Below are positions 19,518-30,077 of a stretch of 53,232 nt of DNA, piece after piece. Numbering within the stretch: position 1 is the first letter of the stretch; every line of letters starts with the position of its first letter. Source of the stretch: Novosphingobium sp. (lineage in GTDB: Bacteria > Pseudomonadota > Alphaproteobacteria > Sphingomonadales > Sphingomonadaceae); assembly GCA_019510335.1 (NCBI GenBank), contig JAEKKO010000106.1, forward strand, positions 1 through 53,232, in the 5' to 3' direction. Below the pieces are notes generated by a model. That model did not search any database. It saw only the letters and a program-made list of their open reading frames with translations, and was not told where the DNA came from. Both the position numbers and the translations under genes were made by a program.

Positions 19518-20810
19518 TCAGCTCGCGCCGGCGGGAACCTTGTCCTTCTTCGCCAGCATGCCCTTGATATCGAGCTTGCCGAGCAGCGACTTCTTCGCCG
19601 CAGCACTCGCCCGCGGTTCGGGGTCGCTCGCCTCGACGTTGGTGGCGTCGGTGATCTTGTTGGCGATGTCGCGGACCACGGCCGCGGCCTTGGTCGCGCG
19701 GTTTGCATCGGCGAACGTCTGGCCGAGCTTGGCAGCATTCGCCGCAGCCTTCACGTCGTAGGGAATGACGTAGTCGATCTTGCGCTCGATCGAGGCCTCG
19801 AAATCCTTGCGGCTGATCTCCAGAACCTGCTGCTGCACCTTGTTGGTGACGACGATCGTCTGGGCATGAACGGCATTCGCCTTCAGCCACGAGAGGATGC
19901 GGATCGTGTCGCGGGCCGAGGCGAGGGTCATGTCGGTTGCCAGCACCACGACGTTCACGTCGGCGAGGAGCTGCGGGAAGTTGATCAGCATGTTACGTGG
20001 CAGGTCGATCACCGTCATCTCGAAGGCTTGGCGGAATTCCTCCTCGAGCTGCACGAACGCGGCGCCATCGGTCATCAGCGGCGAGTTGATCGAGGCTTCG
20101 GCCGAAAGGATCGAGAGGTTGTCGTTGGCGCGGATCATCGCCCGCTCGATGAACAGCCCGTCGATCCGGCTGGGATTCTCGATCGCATCGGTCAGGCCGC
20201 GGCCCGGCTCGAGATCGAGCGCCAGGGCGCCGGTGCCGAAGTGGACGTCGAGGTCGAGCAGCGCCGTCGGCAGCTTGTGATCGGTGCTGAACAGCCACGC
20301 CAGCGATGTTGCCAGGGTCGACGCCCCGACCCCGCCGCGCGTCCCAACGATCGCCGTCGACAAGTGCTTCTTGGCGGCCGACGCATCGCTGTGCTTGGGC
20401 GCGCTGAAGATGCCCTGGGCGTGAGTCAGCGCGTCGCGCAGCTGGTTGGCATTGAGCGGCTTCAGCAGGTAATCCTGGATGCCGCTCGCCAGCAGGTCGC
20501 GGTAGAGGCGCACGTCGTTGACCTGGCCGATGGCGATCACCACCGTTCCCGGCTCGCAGACCTCGGCCAGCGCGTTGATGTCGTTGAGCGGATCGCCGCT
20601 CTCCGACAAATCGACCATCAGGATGTTCGGGCTGGCGGAGATCGACAGCGACTGGACCGCATTGCGCAGTCCGCCCTTGTTGCACTTCTCCGGCTGCCAG
20701 CCGAGCTCGATCACCACCGGGCGCAGCATGTCGAGCGACACGTCGTCGCAGATGAAGGCGGCGAAGGCGTCGCGCGGGCCGTTCCCGCCGGGTTTCCACG
20801 GAGCGTTCAT
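19518..20810 (-). CDS. cpaE: Pilus assembly protein CpaE/TadZ
   Basis: Pseudo-receiver N-terminus plus MinD-like GTRGGVGAST, LLDLDVHFG, VIDLP. Confidence 0.92.
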   Translation of the reverse strand: MNAPWKPGGNGPRDAFAAFICDDVSLDMLRPVVIELGWQPEKCNKGGLRNAVQSLSISASPNILMVDLSESGDPLNDINALAEVCEPGTVVIAIGQVNDVRLYRDLLASGIQDYLLKPLNANQLRDALTHAQGIFSAPKHSDASAAKKHLSTAIVGTRGGVGASTLATSLAWLFSTDHKLPTALLDLDVHFGTGALALDLEPGRGLTDAIENPSRIDGLFIERAMIRANDNLSILSAEASINSPLMTDGAAFVQLEEEFRQAFEMTVIDLPRNMLINFPQLLADVNVVVLATDMTLASARDTIRILSWLKANAVHAQTIVVTNKVQQQVLEISRKDFEASIERKIDYVIPYDVKAAANAAKLGQTFADANRATKAAAVVRDIANKITDATNVEASDPEPRASAAAKKSLLGKLDIKGMLAKKDKVPAGAS

Positions 20811-20814
20811 CGAT

Positions 20815-21462
20815 TTACTTCCCGCCTTGGCTCGAGGTCTGCTTGAGGCCGCCGGCGCCCGTTGGCACCGCGGAACGGTACGTGGCGATGGCCTTGGTCG
20901 AGCTCATCACCGTGGTTTCGTGGTCGCCGCTAGCGCCCTTGATCAGGTGCTCGGGGTTGGCGATCATCGCCGCGAGGTTGCCATTGGTGGCGCAGCCGTA
21001 GTTCGAGCTCGTCGCGTTGAGCAGGTTCGTGCCCGAATTCGCCGACCAGTCGGGGCAGCCCGGGACGGTCGCGATTGTCCGGCTGACGATCACCCGGGCG
21101 GTGCCGGCATTGATCGGGCCCGGCGTCGGCGGCGCGTCGTAGCTGACCAGCAGGCCGTAGCGCGAGGCGACGGCTTCGATGCTGTCGCGGGTCGCGCCGC
21201 TTGCCAGCGGATCGTCGATCGCGATGCGGTCGCCGTAGCGCAAGTTCATCGCCTCGAACCAGCCGGCGAGGCGGCTTTGCTCGCCTGGCGAGAGACCGCC
21301 GGGGCCGGTGGTCACGTCCATCGTGTAGTTGGTGCGGTCGACCACCGGCTGGTGGATGCTCTCGAGGCCCTGGTTGGTCGCCATCCCGCCGCAGCCGGCG
21401 AGCGCCAGGCCAAGCGAAAGGGCGAACGCAGCAGGGGCCGCGCGGGTGAGGAATTGGCGCAT
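20815..21462 (-). CDS. cpaD: Pilus assembly lipoprotein CpaD
   Basis: Lipobox LAGC, VPGCPDW, NYGCATNGNLAAMIANPEHL. Confidence 0.9.
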   Translation of the reverse strand: MRQFLTRAAPAAFALSLGLALAGCGGMATNQGLESIHQPVVDRTNYTMDVTTGPGGLSPGEQSRLAGWFEAMNLRYGDRIAIDDPLASGATRDSIEAVASRYGLLVSYDAPPTPGPINAGTARVIVSRTIATVPGCPDWSANSGTNLLNATSSNYGCATNGNLAAMIANPEHLIKGASGDHETTVMSSTKAIATYRSAVPTGAGGLKQTSSQGGK

Positions 21463-21476
21463 CGTCGTCCCCTCTC

Positions 21477-23024
21477 TTATTTCAGGCTGAAGCCGGGGGC
21501 GGGCGCCGCCACGGCCGTGCGTTGCTTGCTGCCGCGCGTGTCGGCCGGGCGGACCGGGGCCGGCGCCGCCGGTGCGCCGAGCGAACCGATTCGGGGCGGG
21601 GCGACAGGAGCACCGGCAGAACTCGGCTTCGGCGCGACCGCGCCGCTCTTGCCATCGGTCAGCATGTTGCCGAGCACTCGCTGGATGTCGTTGGCGTCGC
21701 GATAGCCGTCGGTCGGCAGCTTGATCTCGCTCCCGTTCACCGGATTGACGAGATACGGGGTGACCACGATCACCAGTTCGGTCTCGCCCTTCTGGAAATT
21801 GGTCGACCGGAACAGGCTGCCAAGGATCGGAATGTCTCCGGCGCCCGGCAGCTTCTTGACCGTGTTCTGTGAGCTGTTCTTCATCAGCCCGGCGATCATG
21901 AAGCTCTGGCCCGAGCCCAGCTCGACCGTCGTTTCGGCGCGGCGGACGGTCAGCGAAGGAATGCTGAAGCCGCCCTGTTGCAGTGCGCCTTCGCTCGACA
22001 GCTCCGACACTTCCGGGCGAACGCGGAGCGAGATGCGCCCGTTCGCCAGCACGGTCGGTGTGTAGGCAAGGCTGATGCCGAATTTCTTGTACTCGATCGT
22101 CGTCGTGCCGAGCCCCTGGCTCATCGGGATCGGGAACTCGCCGCCGGCGAGGAAGTCGGCAGTCTCACCCGACAGCGCGGTCAGGTTCGGTTCGGCCAGC
22201 GTCGACACGAGGCCGGCTGTCTCGCCGGCATCGAGCGCGCCGAGCAGGTCGAGGCCGAGGAACTTGCCGGCGAAGCCGAGCGTCGTCGAGCCGGTGAGCG
22301 GCGTTATCACGCTGGTCCCGGCGCTGCCTTGCGTGCCGATGATCAGTGCGGTCTGCCCGGCGGTCTGCTGCGGCGTAAACGCGCGGCCCTGGCCGATGCC
22401 GAACTTGAAACCGCTGGACCGGTCGATCGAATTGAGGTTGACCCCCAGCGACTTGACCAGCGAGCGGCTGACCTCGGAAATCCGCACCTGCAGGTTGACC
22501 TGCAGCGGCGTCGCCATCCTCAAGCGGCTGATGACGTTGGCGTCCTTGCCGACGAACGCGGCGACCAGGCGCTCGGCCTCGGCGGCATCCTCGGGCGCGC
22601 CGACCGTCCCGGTAAGAAGGAACGTGTTGACCCCCATCGTCGATACCGAGACTTTGGCGTCGGGCATTGCCACCCGCAGCATCTGGTCGACGCTGTCGAT
22701 GTTCGATCCGACCCGGACGTTGGCCGACCAGATCGTGTTGCCGGCGGCGTCACTGGCATAGACCGTGGTCTCGCCGCCGCCCTTGCCGAAGATGTAGAGC
22801 TGGTGGTCGGATTTGACCTGGACGTCGGCGACCTTGTCGTCGGCGACGAACACGTCGGTCATCCGGCCGGGCGTGGTGATCAGTTGACCGCGGCCGATCG
22901 ACAGCACGATGTTGCCGACGGGACGGGTGACCGTCTGGGCATGGGCCGCGCCGAGCGGCACGAAGGCCAGCGGAGCGACGGCGCAAGCCGCGGTCAGCAG
23001 GGTGGAAATCACGCGGCGATCCAT
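21477..23024 (-). CDS. cpaC: Pilus secretin CpaC/RcpA
   Basis: QVNLQVRISEVSR, LAEPNLTALSGETA.FLAGGEFPIP, ETELVIVVTPYLV; GAGGGG RBS favours ATG 23024 over 23075. Confidence 0.92.
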   Translation of the reverse strand: MDRRVISTLLTAACAVAPLAFVPLGAAHAQTVTRPVGNIVLSIGRGQLITTPGRMTDVFVADDKVADVQVKSDHQLYIFGKGGGETTVYASDAAGNTIWSANVRVGSNIDSVDQMLRVAMPDAKVSVSTMGVNTFLLTGTVGAPEDAAEAERLVAAFVGKDANVISRLRMATPLQVNLQVRISEVSRSLVKSLGVNLNSIDRSSGFKFGIGQGRAFTPQQTAGQTALIIGTQGSAGTSVITPLTGSTTLGFAGKFLGLDLLGALDAGETAGLVSTLAEPNLTALSGETADFLAGGEFPIPMSQGLGTTTIEYKKFGISLAYTPTVLANGRISLRVRPEVSELSSEGALQQGGFSIPSLTVRRAETTVELGSGQSFMIAGLMKNSSQNTVKKLPGAGDIPILGSLFRSTNFQKGETELVIVVTPYLVNPVNGSEIKLPTDGYRDANDIQRVLGNMLTDGKSGAVAPKPSSAGAPVAPPRIGSLGAPAAPAPVRPADTRGSKQRTAVAAPAPGFSLK

Positions 23025-23076
23025 TGGTTTGCCCCTCGCAACGGCGGTTTCGGCGCCGGATTTGCTGCTCAGCATC

Positions 23077-24111
23077 TCAGTTCTTCCCGACCATCACGGC
23101 GGTCACGTCCTTGCCGCGGATGACCCGCACGACCGGACCGCGCAGCACCGTTTCGGTGGCAGCAGCGCCCGGACCACCGCCATGAGCCGCGGCCGCGCTG
23201 GCGAGCATCGCCATCGCCTGCCCGGCCATCGAGCCTTGCTTGGGCGGCACCGTGCGGCGCTGGAAGCGCGACACGTCGCCGCCGGTGACGAAGCTGGTCG
23301 CGCCGTCCTGCGGACGGTTGCCGGCCGATGCGAGCAGCTTGTCCTCGTCGGCCTTCGACGCCCCATCGGGGATCTTGATCGACCCGTTGGCGATGGCGTG
23401 CTCGAGCTCGGACTGGTTGTCTGAGAGCGAGCGCAGCGCCAGGCTGAGCGTGCCGATGGTCTGCGCGACCTGGATCTTCTCGCCGATCCGCGGGGTCACC
23501 TCGAGCGTGACCGAGCGGAACTCGTGTACCACGGTCTTGCCGTTGGCGGTTTCGCTCTCGGTCGACTGGTCGGTGGCGAGCACGCGCAAGTTGCGCAGGA
23601 TCGTTTCGGTGGTGTTCAGCGACTCTCCCTCGCCCTTGACCGACTGGGTCAGCATGAGGTCGACGTGGTCGCCCGGGAAGATGAAACCGGCGACGCCCGA
23701 CTGGACCGACACGGTGATCGTCACCGCGCGCATCCCCGGTCCGAGCGCCGCGGCGAGGAAGCCGCGATCCCCCGGCGCAACGAGAGCGCCTTGGGTAACC
23801 GGCTGGCCGGCGGTGATCGGATAGCGCACGACGGTGCCGAGCAGCTTCTTCATGTCCGCCTCGCCCTCGACGAAGTAGGCGTCCTGGACCATGCCCTTGG
23901 GCCAGTCGTGGAATGAGATCGCGTCGGCCGTGATGATCGTGCCGACTGGCAGCGCGCGCTGGGCGACCAGCACTTTAGGACCCTTCGGGACCAGCTGGGC
24001 GGCCTCGGCTTTCGGCGCCGAAGCACCGGTGAACATGCTTCGCGCAGCGAGCGCGGTGCCGATGGCGATAACCATCGCGCCGAGCAGCAGCATCAGCTTC
24101 TTCTTGTCCAT
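23077..24111 (-). CDS. cpaB: Flp pilus assembly protein CpaB/RcpC
   Basis: SAF domain VLVAQRALPVGTII, PGMRAVTI, GFIFPGDHVDL, VTLEVTP. Confidence 0.92.
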   Translation of the reverse strand: MDKKKLMLLLGAMVIAIGTALAARSMFTGASAPKAEAAQLVPKGPKVLVAQRALPVGTIITADAISFHDWPKGMVQDAYFVEGEADMKKLLGTVVRYPITAGQPVTQGALVAPGDRGFLAAALGPGMRAVTITVSVQSGVAGFIFPGDHVDLMLTQSVKGEGESLNTTETILRNLRVLATDQSTESETANGKTVVHEFRSVTLEVTPRIGEKIQVAQTIGTLSLALRSLSDNQSELEHAIANGSIKIPDGASKADEDKLLASAGNRPQDGATSFVTGGDVSRFQRRTVPPKQGSMAGQAMAMLASAAAAHGGGPGAAATETVLRGPVVRVIRGKDVTAVMVGKN

Positions 24112-24168
24112 GGCTCAGCAAAGCCCCCTCAAAACAACCCCGAAGTCGAGTGCCGACATTCGGGCAAA

Positions 24169-24176
24169 ATGGTTAA
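24169..24176 (-). promoter_or_regulatory. CtrA-type TTAACCAT site upstream of cpaB
   Basis: atggttaa on + strand reads TTAACCAT on the coding strand, ~58 nt upstream of the cpaB ATG. Confidence 0.55.
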
Positions 24177-24183
24177 GATCAAG

Positions 24184-24666
24184 TCACCCTGTGGCGCGCT
24201 GAAGCGCCGGCAGCGCACTGTCCCCAAGAACCCACAATCCGGCGACGGCGATGGCGATGCCGTACGGCACGGCGAGGCGGTCCTTGCGCCGCCGGGCGAT
24301 ATGCCAGGCGCCGAACGCCAGCGTCAGAACGCCGCCAACGAGCGCCATCGTCACCATCAGCTGCAGAAACCATTGCGGCCGCAGCCACAGCGCCAGCGCC
24401 GTCAGCAGTTTGACGTCTCCGCCGCCCATCGCGCGCATCGCGAAGAGGCCGGCGAGCACTGCGAAGGTAGCCGCGGCGATCCCCAGCTGCCAGGCGATGT
24501 CGATCCAGGTGAAGCCGCTCGCCCACCAGAACAGCGGCGCGCCGAGCGCGACCGCGGCGTTGAGCCAGTTGTCGATCTGGCGGCGACGAAAGTCGGTGAA
24601 CGCCGCGACGAGCAGCGCGATTGCCAATGACGCGAGCAAACCGTACGCTAAAATCCCGCCCTGCAT
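24184..24666 (-). CDS. cpaA: Prepilin peptidase CpaA/TadV (A24)
   Basis: TDFRRRQIDN, MGGGDVKL, VPYGIAI. Confidence 0.9.
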   Translation of the reverse strand: MQGGILAYGLLASLAIALLVAAFTDFRRRQIDNWLNAAVALGAPLFWWASGFTWIDIAWQLGIAAATFAVLAGLFAMRAMGGGDVKLLTALALWLRPQWFLQLMVTMALVGGVLTLAFGAWHIARRRKDRLAVPYGIAIAVAGLWVLGDSALPALQRATG

Positions 24667-24751
24667 TGGCGATGCCCCCTGATCCAAGGGCATTTCTAGC
24701 GGAGAGGACTTACCAAAAAGTAACCAACGAAATGAGGCCGTTATTAGCCAG

Positions 24752-25744
24752 TTGAGCGATGCGGAGCGGCGGCCTGAAGGGACCTTCGATCGCCGCGCCA
24801 TCCCCGCGGAAGCGGCGGAATCGCGCTGGCTCGCGCCCGATGGCACGGCAATCCGGCGGATCGACTGGACGGCGCCGACCAGGCCACCTTGGGGCAGCCT
24901 CCTGTTCCTGCCCGGGCGCGGCGACAGTTACGAGAAGTATCTGGAAACACTGGCTCATTGGTACCACCGGGGGTGGAATGTCACGGCGCTGGACTGGCGC
25001 GGCCAGGCCGGTTCCGGCCGGCTCGGGATCGATCCGGTGACCGGTCACGGCGACTTCACCCAGTGGGTCGACGATCTCGCCGCGTTCTGGGGCGAGTGGC
25101 GCGATGCGACCCCCGCGCCGCACGTCGTCGTCGGTCACTCGATGGGCGGTCATCTCGTGCTGCGCGCCCTTGCCGAAGGCAAGGTCGACCCGAACGCAGC
25201 TGTGCTCTCGGTGCCGATGCTTGGCTTCGTCGCCAAAGGGCTTCCGACCGCTCTGCTCCTGATGCTGGCCCGAGTGCTGGCGCGGATGGGTGATCCGCGA
25301 CGTCCAGCATGGAAATGGAGCGAGAAGCCGGGCGCATTCCCGGCCGGCCGAATGGATCTGCTGACTCACGATCCGGCCCGCTATGCCGACGAGAGCTGGT
25401 GGCGCGAGCGACGCCCGGAGCTGGTGATGGGGCCGGCAAGCTGGGGCTGGGTGATCAGCGCGGGCGCCTCGATTCGCGCGCTCGAGCGCCACGGCGTGCT
25501 CGAGCGGGTGACGACACCGGTGCTGATCCTCGGCGTCGAGGGCGATCGGCTGGTCAACTTCGGCGCAATCGTGCGGGCGGCCCGGCGCCTGCCGCATGCC
25601 GAGCTGGTCCGGTTCGGCGGCGAAGCGCATCACGAAATCCTGCGCGAAATGGACCCGGTCCGCGAGCGTGCGCTCGGTGCCATCGACGCCTTCCTCGACC
25701 GCGTCGCGCCGGCGCCTTCACCAGTGCCGGTGAGCGCCTCGTGA
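24752..25744 (+). CDS. Alpha/beta hydrolase, lysophospholipase L2-like
   Basis: PGRGD..EKY, DWRGQAGSGR, GHSMGG, D and HEIL triad positions. Confidence 0.85.
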   Translation: MSDAERRPEGTFDRRAIPAEAAESRWLAPDGTAIRRIDWTAPTRPPWGSLLFLPGRGDSYEKYLETLAHWYHRGWNVTALDWRGQAGSGRLGIDPVTGHGDFTQWVDDLAAFWGEWRDATPAPHVVVGHSMGGHLVLRALAEGKVDPNAAVLSVPMLGFVAKGLPTALLLMLARVLARMGDPRRPAWKWSEKPGAFPAGRMDLLTHDPARYADESWWRERRPELVMGPASWGWVISAGASIRALERHGVLERVTTPVLILGVEGDRLVNFGAIVRAARRLPHAELVRFGGEAHHEILREMDPVRERALGAIDAFLDRVAPAPSPVPVSAS

Positions 25745-26826
25745 TGGAGCGCTACGACATTGTGATCGTCGGCGCGGGCATGGCGGGGGCCTCGCTCGGC
25801 GCGGCGCTCGCCGGCGCCGCGCGGGTCCTGGTGATCGAGGCCGAGGACACGCCCGGCTACCACGCCACCGGGCGCTCGGCCGCGTTTTGGACGGAGAGCT
25901 ACGGCGGCGCGGCGATCCAGCCGCTGACCACGGCGTCTGGCCCGTTCCTGCGCGAGCACGGGCTGCTCACCCCGCGCCGCGCGCTAACGCTCGCGCACAG
26001 CTCGCAAGCGGACGAGATCGATGGTTTCGTCGCCCGCTTCGCCGCGCTCGGCGTGCGAGTCGCGCTGCTCGAGCGGCCTGCTCTCGAGGCCCTCGTCCCG
26101 GGCTTGCGCGAAGACTGGACCCTCGGCGCACTCGAGCCGGACTGCTCGGACATCGACGTAGCCGGTCTCCACCAGCACTACCTTGCCGACCTGCGCCGCG
26201 CCGGAGGCGAGCTCGCCTGTCGCGCACGCCTGACGGAGGCGCGCCGTGAAGCCGATGGGTGGCGGCTGACCCTCGCCGACGGCCGCGCGCTGGTCGCCGA
26301 CATGCTCGTCAATGCCGCCGGCGCGTGGGCCGACGCGGTCGCCGAGCTCGCCGGCGTCCGCCCGCTCGGCATCGCGCCGTACCGCCGGACCATCGCGCAA
26401 GTGCACACGACCCCAGCGGCGCCGGCGGACCTGCCGCTGGTCCTCGACCTGGGTGAGCAATTCTACTTCAAGTCCGAAGCCGGACGGCTGTGGCTGAGCC
26501 CGCACGACGAGACTCCGAGCCCGCCATGCGACGCCGCGCCCGAGCAAATCGACGTCGCCACTGCGATCGCCCGATTCGAAGCCGTCGTCGACTGGCGAGT
26601 CGACCGGGTCGAGCACGCCTGGGCGGGCCTGCGCAGCTTCGCCCCCGATCGCCTGCCGGTTTACGGCTTCGCGGCGGATCAGCGAGGCTTCTTCTGGTTT
26701 GCCGGACAAGGCGGGTTTGGCATCCAGACCGCGCCGGCCGCGGCGTCCCTCGCCACGGACCTGATCCTCCGCCGCAGCGGCGGGCCGGTCGACCCGGCGC
26801 CCTACTCTCCGGCCCGATTCGCCTGA
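25744..26826 (+). CDS. FAD-dependent oxidoreductase (DAO/DadA family)
   Basis: [48 protein letters not shown]. Confidence 0.88.
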   Translation: MERYDIVIVGAGMAGASLGAALAGAARVLVIEAEDTPGYHATGRSAAFWTESYGGAAIQPLTTASGPFLREHGLLTPRRALTLAHSSQADEIDGFVARFAALGVRVALLERPALEALVPGLREDWTLGALEPDCSDIDVAGLHQHYLADLRRAGGELACRARLTEARREADGWRLTLADGRALVADMLVNAAGAWADAVAELAGVRPLGIAPYRRTIAQVHTTPAAPADLPLVLDLGEQFYFKSEAGRLWLSPHDETPSPPCDAAPEQIDVATAIARFEAVVDWRVDRVEHAWAGLRSFAPDRLPVYGFAADQRGFFWFAGQGGFGIQTAPAAASLATDLILRRSGGPVDPAPYSPARFA

Positions 26827-27344
26827 TTCGTTTTGAGCGCGGGCTTCGCGCCGGCTGGCTTCGATCTAGGGCGCGCCGCGGCCAGTGCAGCGTCGCTGGC
26901 GAGCCGGTCGACCCGTTCGTTCTCGACGTGTCCGTTGTGGCCCTTGACCCACACCCATTTGATCTTGTGCGGCTGGGCGGCGGCGATCAGCTCGTGCCAC
27001 AAGTCGGCGTTGCGCACCGGCTGCTTGCTGGCGTTGATCCAGCCATTGCGCTTCCACCCGTGAACCCAGCGGGTAATCCCGTCGAGCACGTACTTGCTGT
27101 CGGTGTGGAGGATCACCTCGCACGGCTCGATCAGCGCCTTGAGGCTGCGAATCGCCGCGGTCAGCTCCATCCGGTTGTTGGTCGTTTCCGCTTCGGAGCC
27201 GGACAGCTCCTTCTCGTGGCGCCCCATCCGCAGGATCGCGCCCCAGCCGCCCGGGCCCGGGTTGCCCTTGCAGGCGCCGTCGGTGAAAATCTCGACCTGC
27301 TTCAGCGGCTTGTCGAATGTCGGTTCGGTGATCGTTTCGGTCAT
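26802..27344 (-). CDS. rnhA: Ribonuclease HI
   Basis: [43 protein letters not shown]. Confidence 0.96.
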   Translation of the reverse strand: MTETITEPTFDKPLKQVEIFTDGACKGNPGPGGWGAILRMGRHEKELSGSEAETTNNRMELTAAIRSLKALIEPCEVILHTDSKYVLDGITRWVHGWKRNGWINASKQPVRNADLWHELIAAAQPHKIKWVWVKGHNGHVENERVDRLASDAALAAARPRSKPAGAKPALKTNQANRAGE

Positions 27345-28321
27345 GGCTCGAAGCAGCGCGCATTAGCAGGATCGGCGTAGAATTCCAGCCGTCGGGCGAA
27401 CGCCAGCGGGTCCTTGCGGGTGACGAGCGCTCCGGGCGGGGTATTGACCCAGTCGTAGGCGCGGGTCAGGACGAAGCGCAGGGCCGCGCCCCGCGCGAGC
27501 AATGGCAAGGCCGCGCGTTCGCGGTCACTGAGCGGGCGGACCGCTTCGTAGCCTGCGAGCAGCGTGGCCCCGAGCGCGGGATCGAACCGCCGCCCGTCCG
27601 CATCGAAGCACCACGCCGCGTGAGTCACGGCGACGTCGTAAGCGGTCAGATCGGTGCAGGCGAAGTAGAAGTCGATCAACCCGCTGACGGTGTCACCGAG
27701 CATCAGCACGTTATCGGGGAACAAGTCGGCGTGGATCACCGAGCGCGGCAGGTCCGCGGGCCAGCGCTCGGCGAGCAGCGCGAGCTCGCGCGCAACCAGC
27801 GCTCCGAGCTGCGGATCGATCGAGGCCAGGGCATCGGCGCCGCACGCGTCTGCCAACTCACGCCAGTGCGCGTGGCCAAAATCGTTGACGCGCTGGTGCG
27901 GGAAATCGGCTCCCGCGAGGTGGACTTGCGCCAGCGCGCCACCAACTGCGCGGGCCTGGCCCGGCGTCGGCGCCGAGACGGAAACGCCGGGGAGGAATTC
28001 AATCAGCGCCACGGCCTTGTCGCCAAGCTTCCGGAACGGCCGGTCCTTGCGGTCGTGGATCGTCCGCGGCACCGGACAGCCGCGCGCGGCGAGGTGATCG
28101 AGCAGGCCAAGGAAGAACGGCAGGTCCTCGATTGCCACCCGCATTTCGTACATCGTCAGGATGAACCGCGCGCCGCTACCGTTGCGGCCGCTGGTCTCGA
28201 TCAGCCAATTGCTGTTCGAGACGCCCTCGGCGATGCCCTTGGCCGATCGCAGCGCGCCGACGTCGAACTCGGCCAGGAGTGCGGAGAGGGTTTCGGCGCC
28301 GAGTTGCGTGTAGACCGCCAT
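27341..28321 (-). CDS. thrB: Homoserine kinase type II
   Basis: [41 protein letters not shown]. Confidence 0.94.
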   Translation of the reverse strand: MAVYTQLGAETLSALLAEFDVGALRSAKGIAEGVSNSNWLIETSGRNGSGARFILTMYEMRVAIEDLPFFLGLLDHLAARGCPVPRTIHDRKDRPFRKLGDKAVALIEFLPGVSVSAPTPGQARAVGGALAQVHLAGADFPHQRVNDFGHAHWRELADACGADALASIDPQLGALVARELALLAERWPADLPRSVIHADLFPDNVLMLGDTVSGLIDFYFACTDLTAYDVAVTHAAWCFDADGRRFDPALGATLLAGYEAVRPLSDRERAALPLLARGAALRFVLTRAYDWVNTPPGALVTRKDPLAFARRLEFYADPANARCFEP

Positions 28322-28338
28322 TCGCTTGTCCGTCCGGA

Positions 28339-29319
28339 TCAGTCGACGAGCTGGCGCGGCAGTTTGAACACCATCTTCTCTTCGGCGGTGACGACGTGCT
28401 CCTCGGCGACGGACCGCAGTTCCGCCACCCGTTCGACGACCTGGCGCACGAGCCGCTCCGGCGCCGACGCTCCCGCGGTGAGGCCCAGCGTCGCCACGCC
28501 CGTGAGCCAGTCGGGAGCGATTTCGGCGGCGTTCTGGATCAGCCGCGACGGAGTGCCGCAGCGCTCGGCGACTTCGACCAGGCGCAGCGAGTTCGAGCTG
28601 TTCGGGCTGCCGATGACCAGCACCAGCTGGCAACGCGGGGCGATCGCCTTGACCGCCGCCTGGCGGTTCGAGGTCGCATAGCAGATGTCCTCGGCCCGCG
28701 GCCCGACGATTCCGGGAAAGCGGGCGCGCAGCGCGGCGACGATCTCGGCCGTGTCGTCTACCGACAGGGTCGTCTGTGTCAGGTAAGCGAGCGGCGCCTC
28801 GGCGGCGAACGGCAACGCGGCGACTTCGGCCACCGTCTCGATCAAGGTGATCGTGCCTTCGGGCACCTGTCCGAACGTGCCGATCACTTCGGGATGGCCG
28901 CGGTGGCCGACGAAGACGATGTGGCGCCCGGCCTGGATCTGGCGCTCGGCCCGGCGATGGACCTTGCTGACCAGCGGACACGTCGCGTCGAGCCAGGCGA
29001 GCCCGCGTGCGCTCGCCGTCTCCGGGATCGACTTGGGCACTCCATGAGCGCTGAAGATGACCGGGGCGCCGTCCGGCACTTCGTCGAGCTCCTCGACGAA
29101 CACCGCGCCTTTGGCCTTGAGCCCGTCGACCACCGTGCGATTGTGGACGATCTCATGCCGGACATACACCGGCGGACCATAGCGCTCGAGCGCGCGCTCG
29201 ACGATCTCGATGGCCCGGTCGACGCCCGCGCAAAAGCCGCGCGGCGCGGCGATCAGCAGCGTCAGCGGCGGTCGTTCGGCGCCTATCCGGGGGGCGCCGG
29301 CGAGAAAGGGGGCATTCAT
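28339..29319 (-). CDS. ispH: 4-hydroxy-3-methylbut-2-enyl diphosphate reductase
   Basis: [39 protein letters not shown]. Confidence 0.97.
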   Translation of the reverse strand: MNAPFLAGAPRIGAERPPLTLLIAAPRGFCAGVDRAIEIVERALERYGPPVYVRHEIVHNRTVVDGLKAKGAVFVEELDEVPDGAPVIFSAHGVPKSIPETASARGLAWLDATCPLVSKVHRRAERQIQAGRHIVFVGHRGHPEVIGTFGQVPEGTITLIETVAEVAALPFAAEAPLAYLTQTTLSVDDTAEIVAALRARFPGIVGPRAEDICYATSNRQAAVKAIAPRCQLVLVIGSPNSSNSLRLVEVAERCGTPSRLIQNAAEIAPDWLTGVATLGLTAGASAPERLVRQVVERVAELRSVAEEHVVTAEEKMVFKLPRQLVD

Positions 29320-29389
29320 CTTCGCGCCTCTAGCGCTTCGGCCCGTGCATCGCTAGGGCGGGCGCACGCCGAACGACAGGATCACCGGA

Positions 29390-30040
29390 ATGACGCCACG
29401 GACCCGTTTGCTGCTCGCCATCGCCGCCACGGTCGCGTTGGCAGGGTGCAAGCACAGCGGCGATCTCGTCGTCGAGGAAGGCGTCGGCATCACCGCGGTG
29501 CGCTCGGCTTGCCCCGCAGTCGGCATTCCCGATTACACCGGCGACGTCACCCTGTTCCGCACCCCCGGCGCAACCGACGCCAATTCGATCGATGTGACGG
29601 CGGTGATGACCAACGTGCGCTCGCAGTGCAGCGAAGGCACCGACAAGGTCTACACGACCGTCAACTTCGATGTGCTCGGCCGGCGTGCCGACGTGCACGG
29701 CGCCCGCCGCGTCACGCTGCCATACTTCGTCACCGTCCTGCGCGGCGGCACCGCCGTCATCAGCAAGCGGGTCGGCCAGGTCACGCTCGACTTCGCCGAC
29801 GGGCAGGAGCGCGCGCGGGCCACGGCTCAGGGCGGCGCTTACGTCAATCGCGCCGAGGCCACGCTCCCGGCCGACATCCGCGAGCGGATCACCCGCCGGC
29901 GCAAGGCCGGCGAGGCCGAGGCGGCCGTCGACCCGCTGTCCGAACCGGACGTGCGCACCGCCGTCGCCCGCGCCACGTTCGAGGTTCTGGTCGGCTTCCA
30001 GCTCGACCAGAACCAGCTGGCTTATAACGCGACCCGGTAG
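29390..30040 (+). CDS. Hypothetical lipoprotein
   Basis: Lipobox ALAGC, ACPAV, LPYFV, FEVLVGFQL; typical codon usage; divergent from ispH. Confidence 0.75.
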   Translation: MTPRTRLLLAIAATVALAGCKHSGDLVVEEGVGITAVRSACPAVGIPDYTGDVTLFRTPGATDANSIDVTAVMTNVRSQCSEGTDKVYTTVNFDVLGRRADVHGARRVTLPYFVTVLRGGTAVISKRVGQVTLDFADGQERARATAQGGAYVNRAEATLPADIRERITRRRKAGEAEAAVDPLSEPDVRTAVARATFEVLVGFQLDQNQLAYNATR

Positions 30041-30077
30041 CCGATAAGCTGGCGGATCCCGGGACGCCGCTGCCCTA

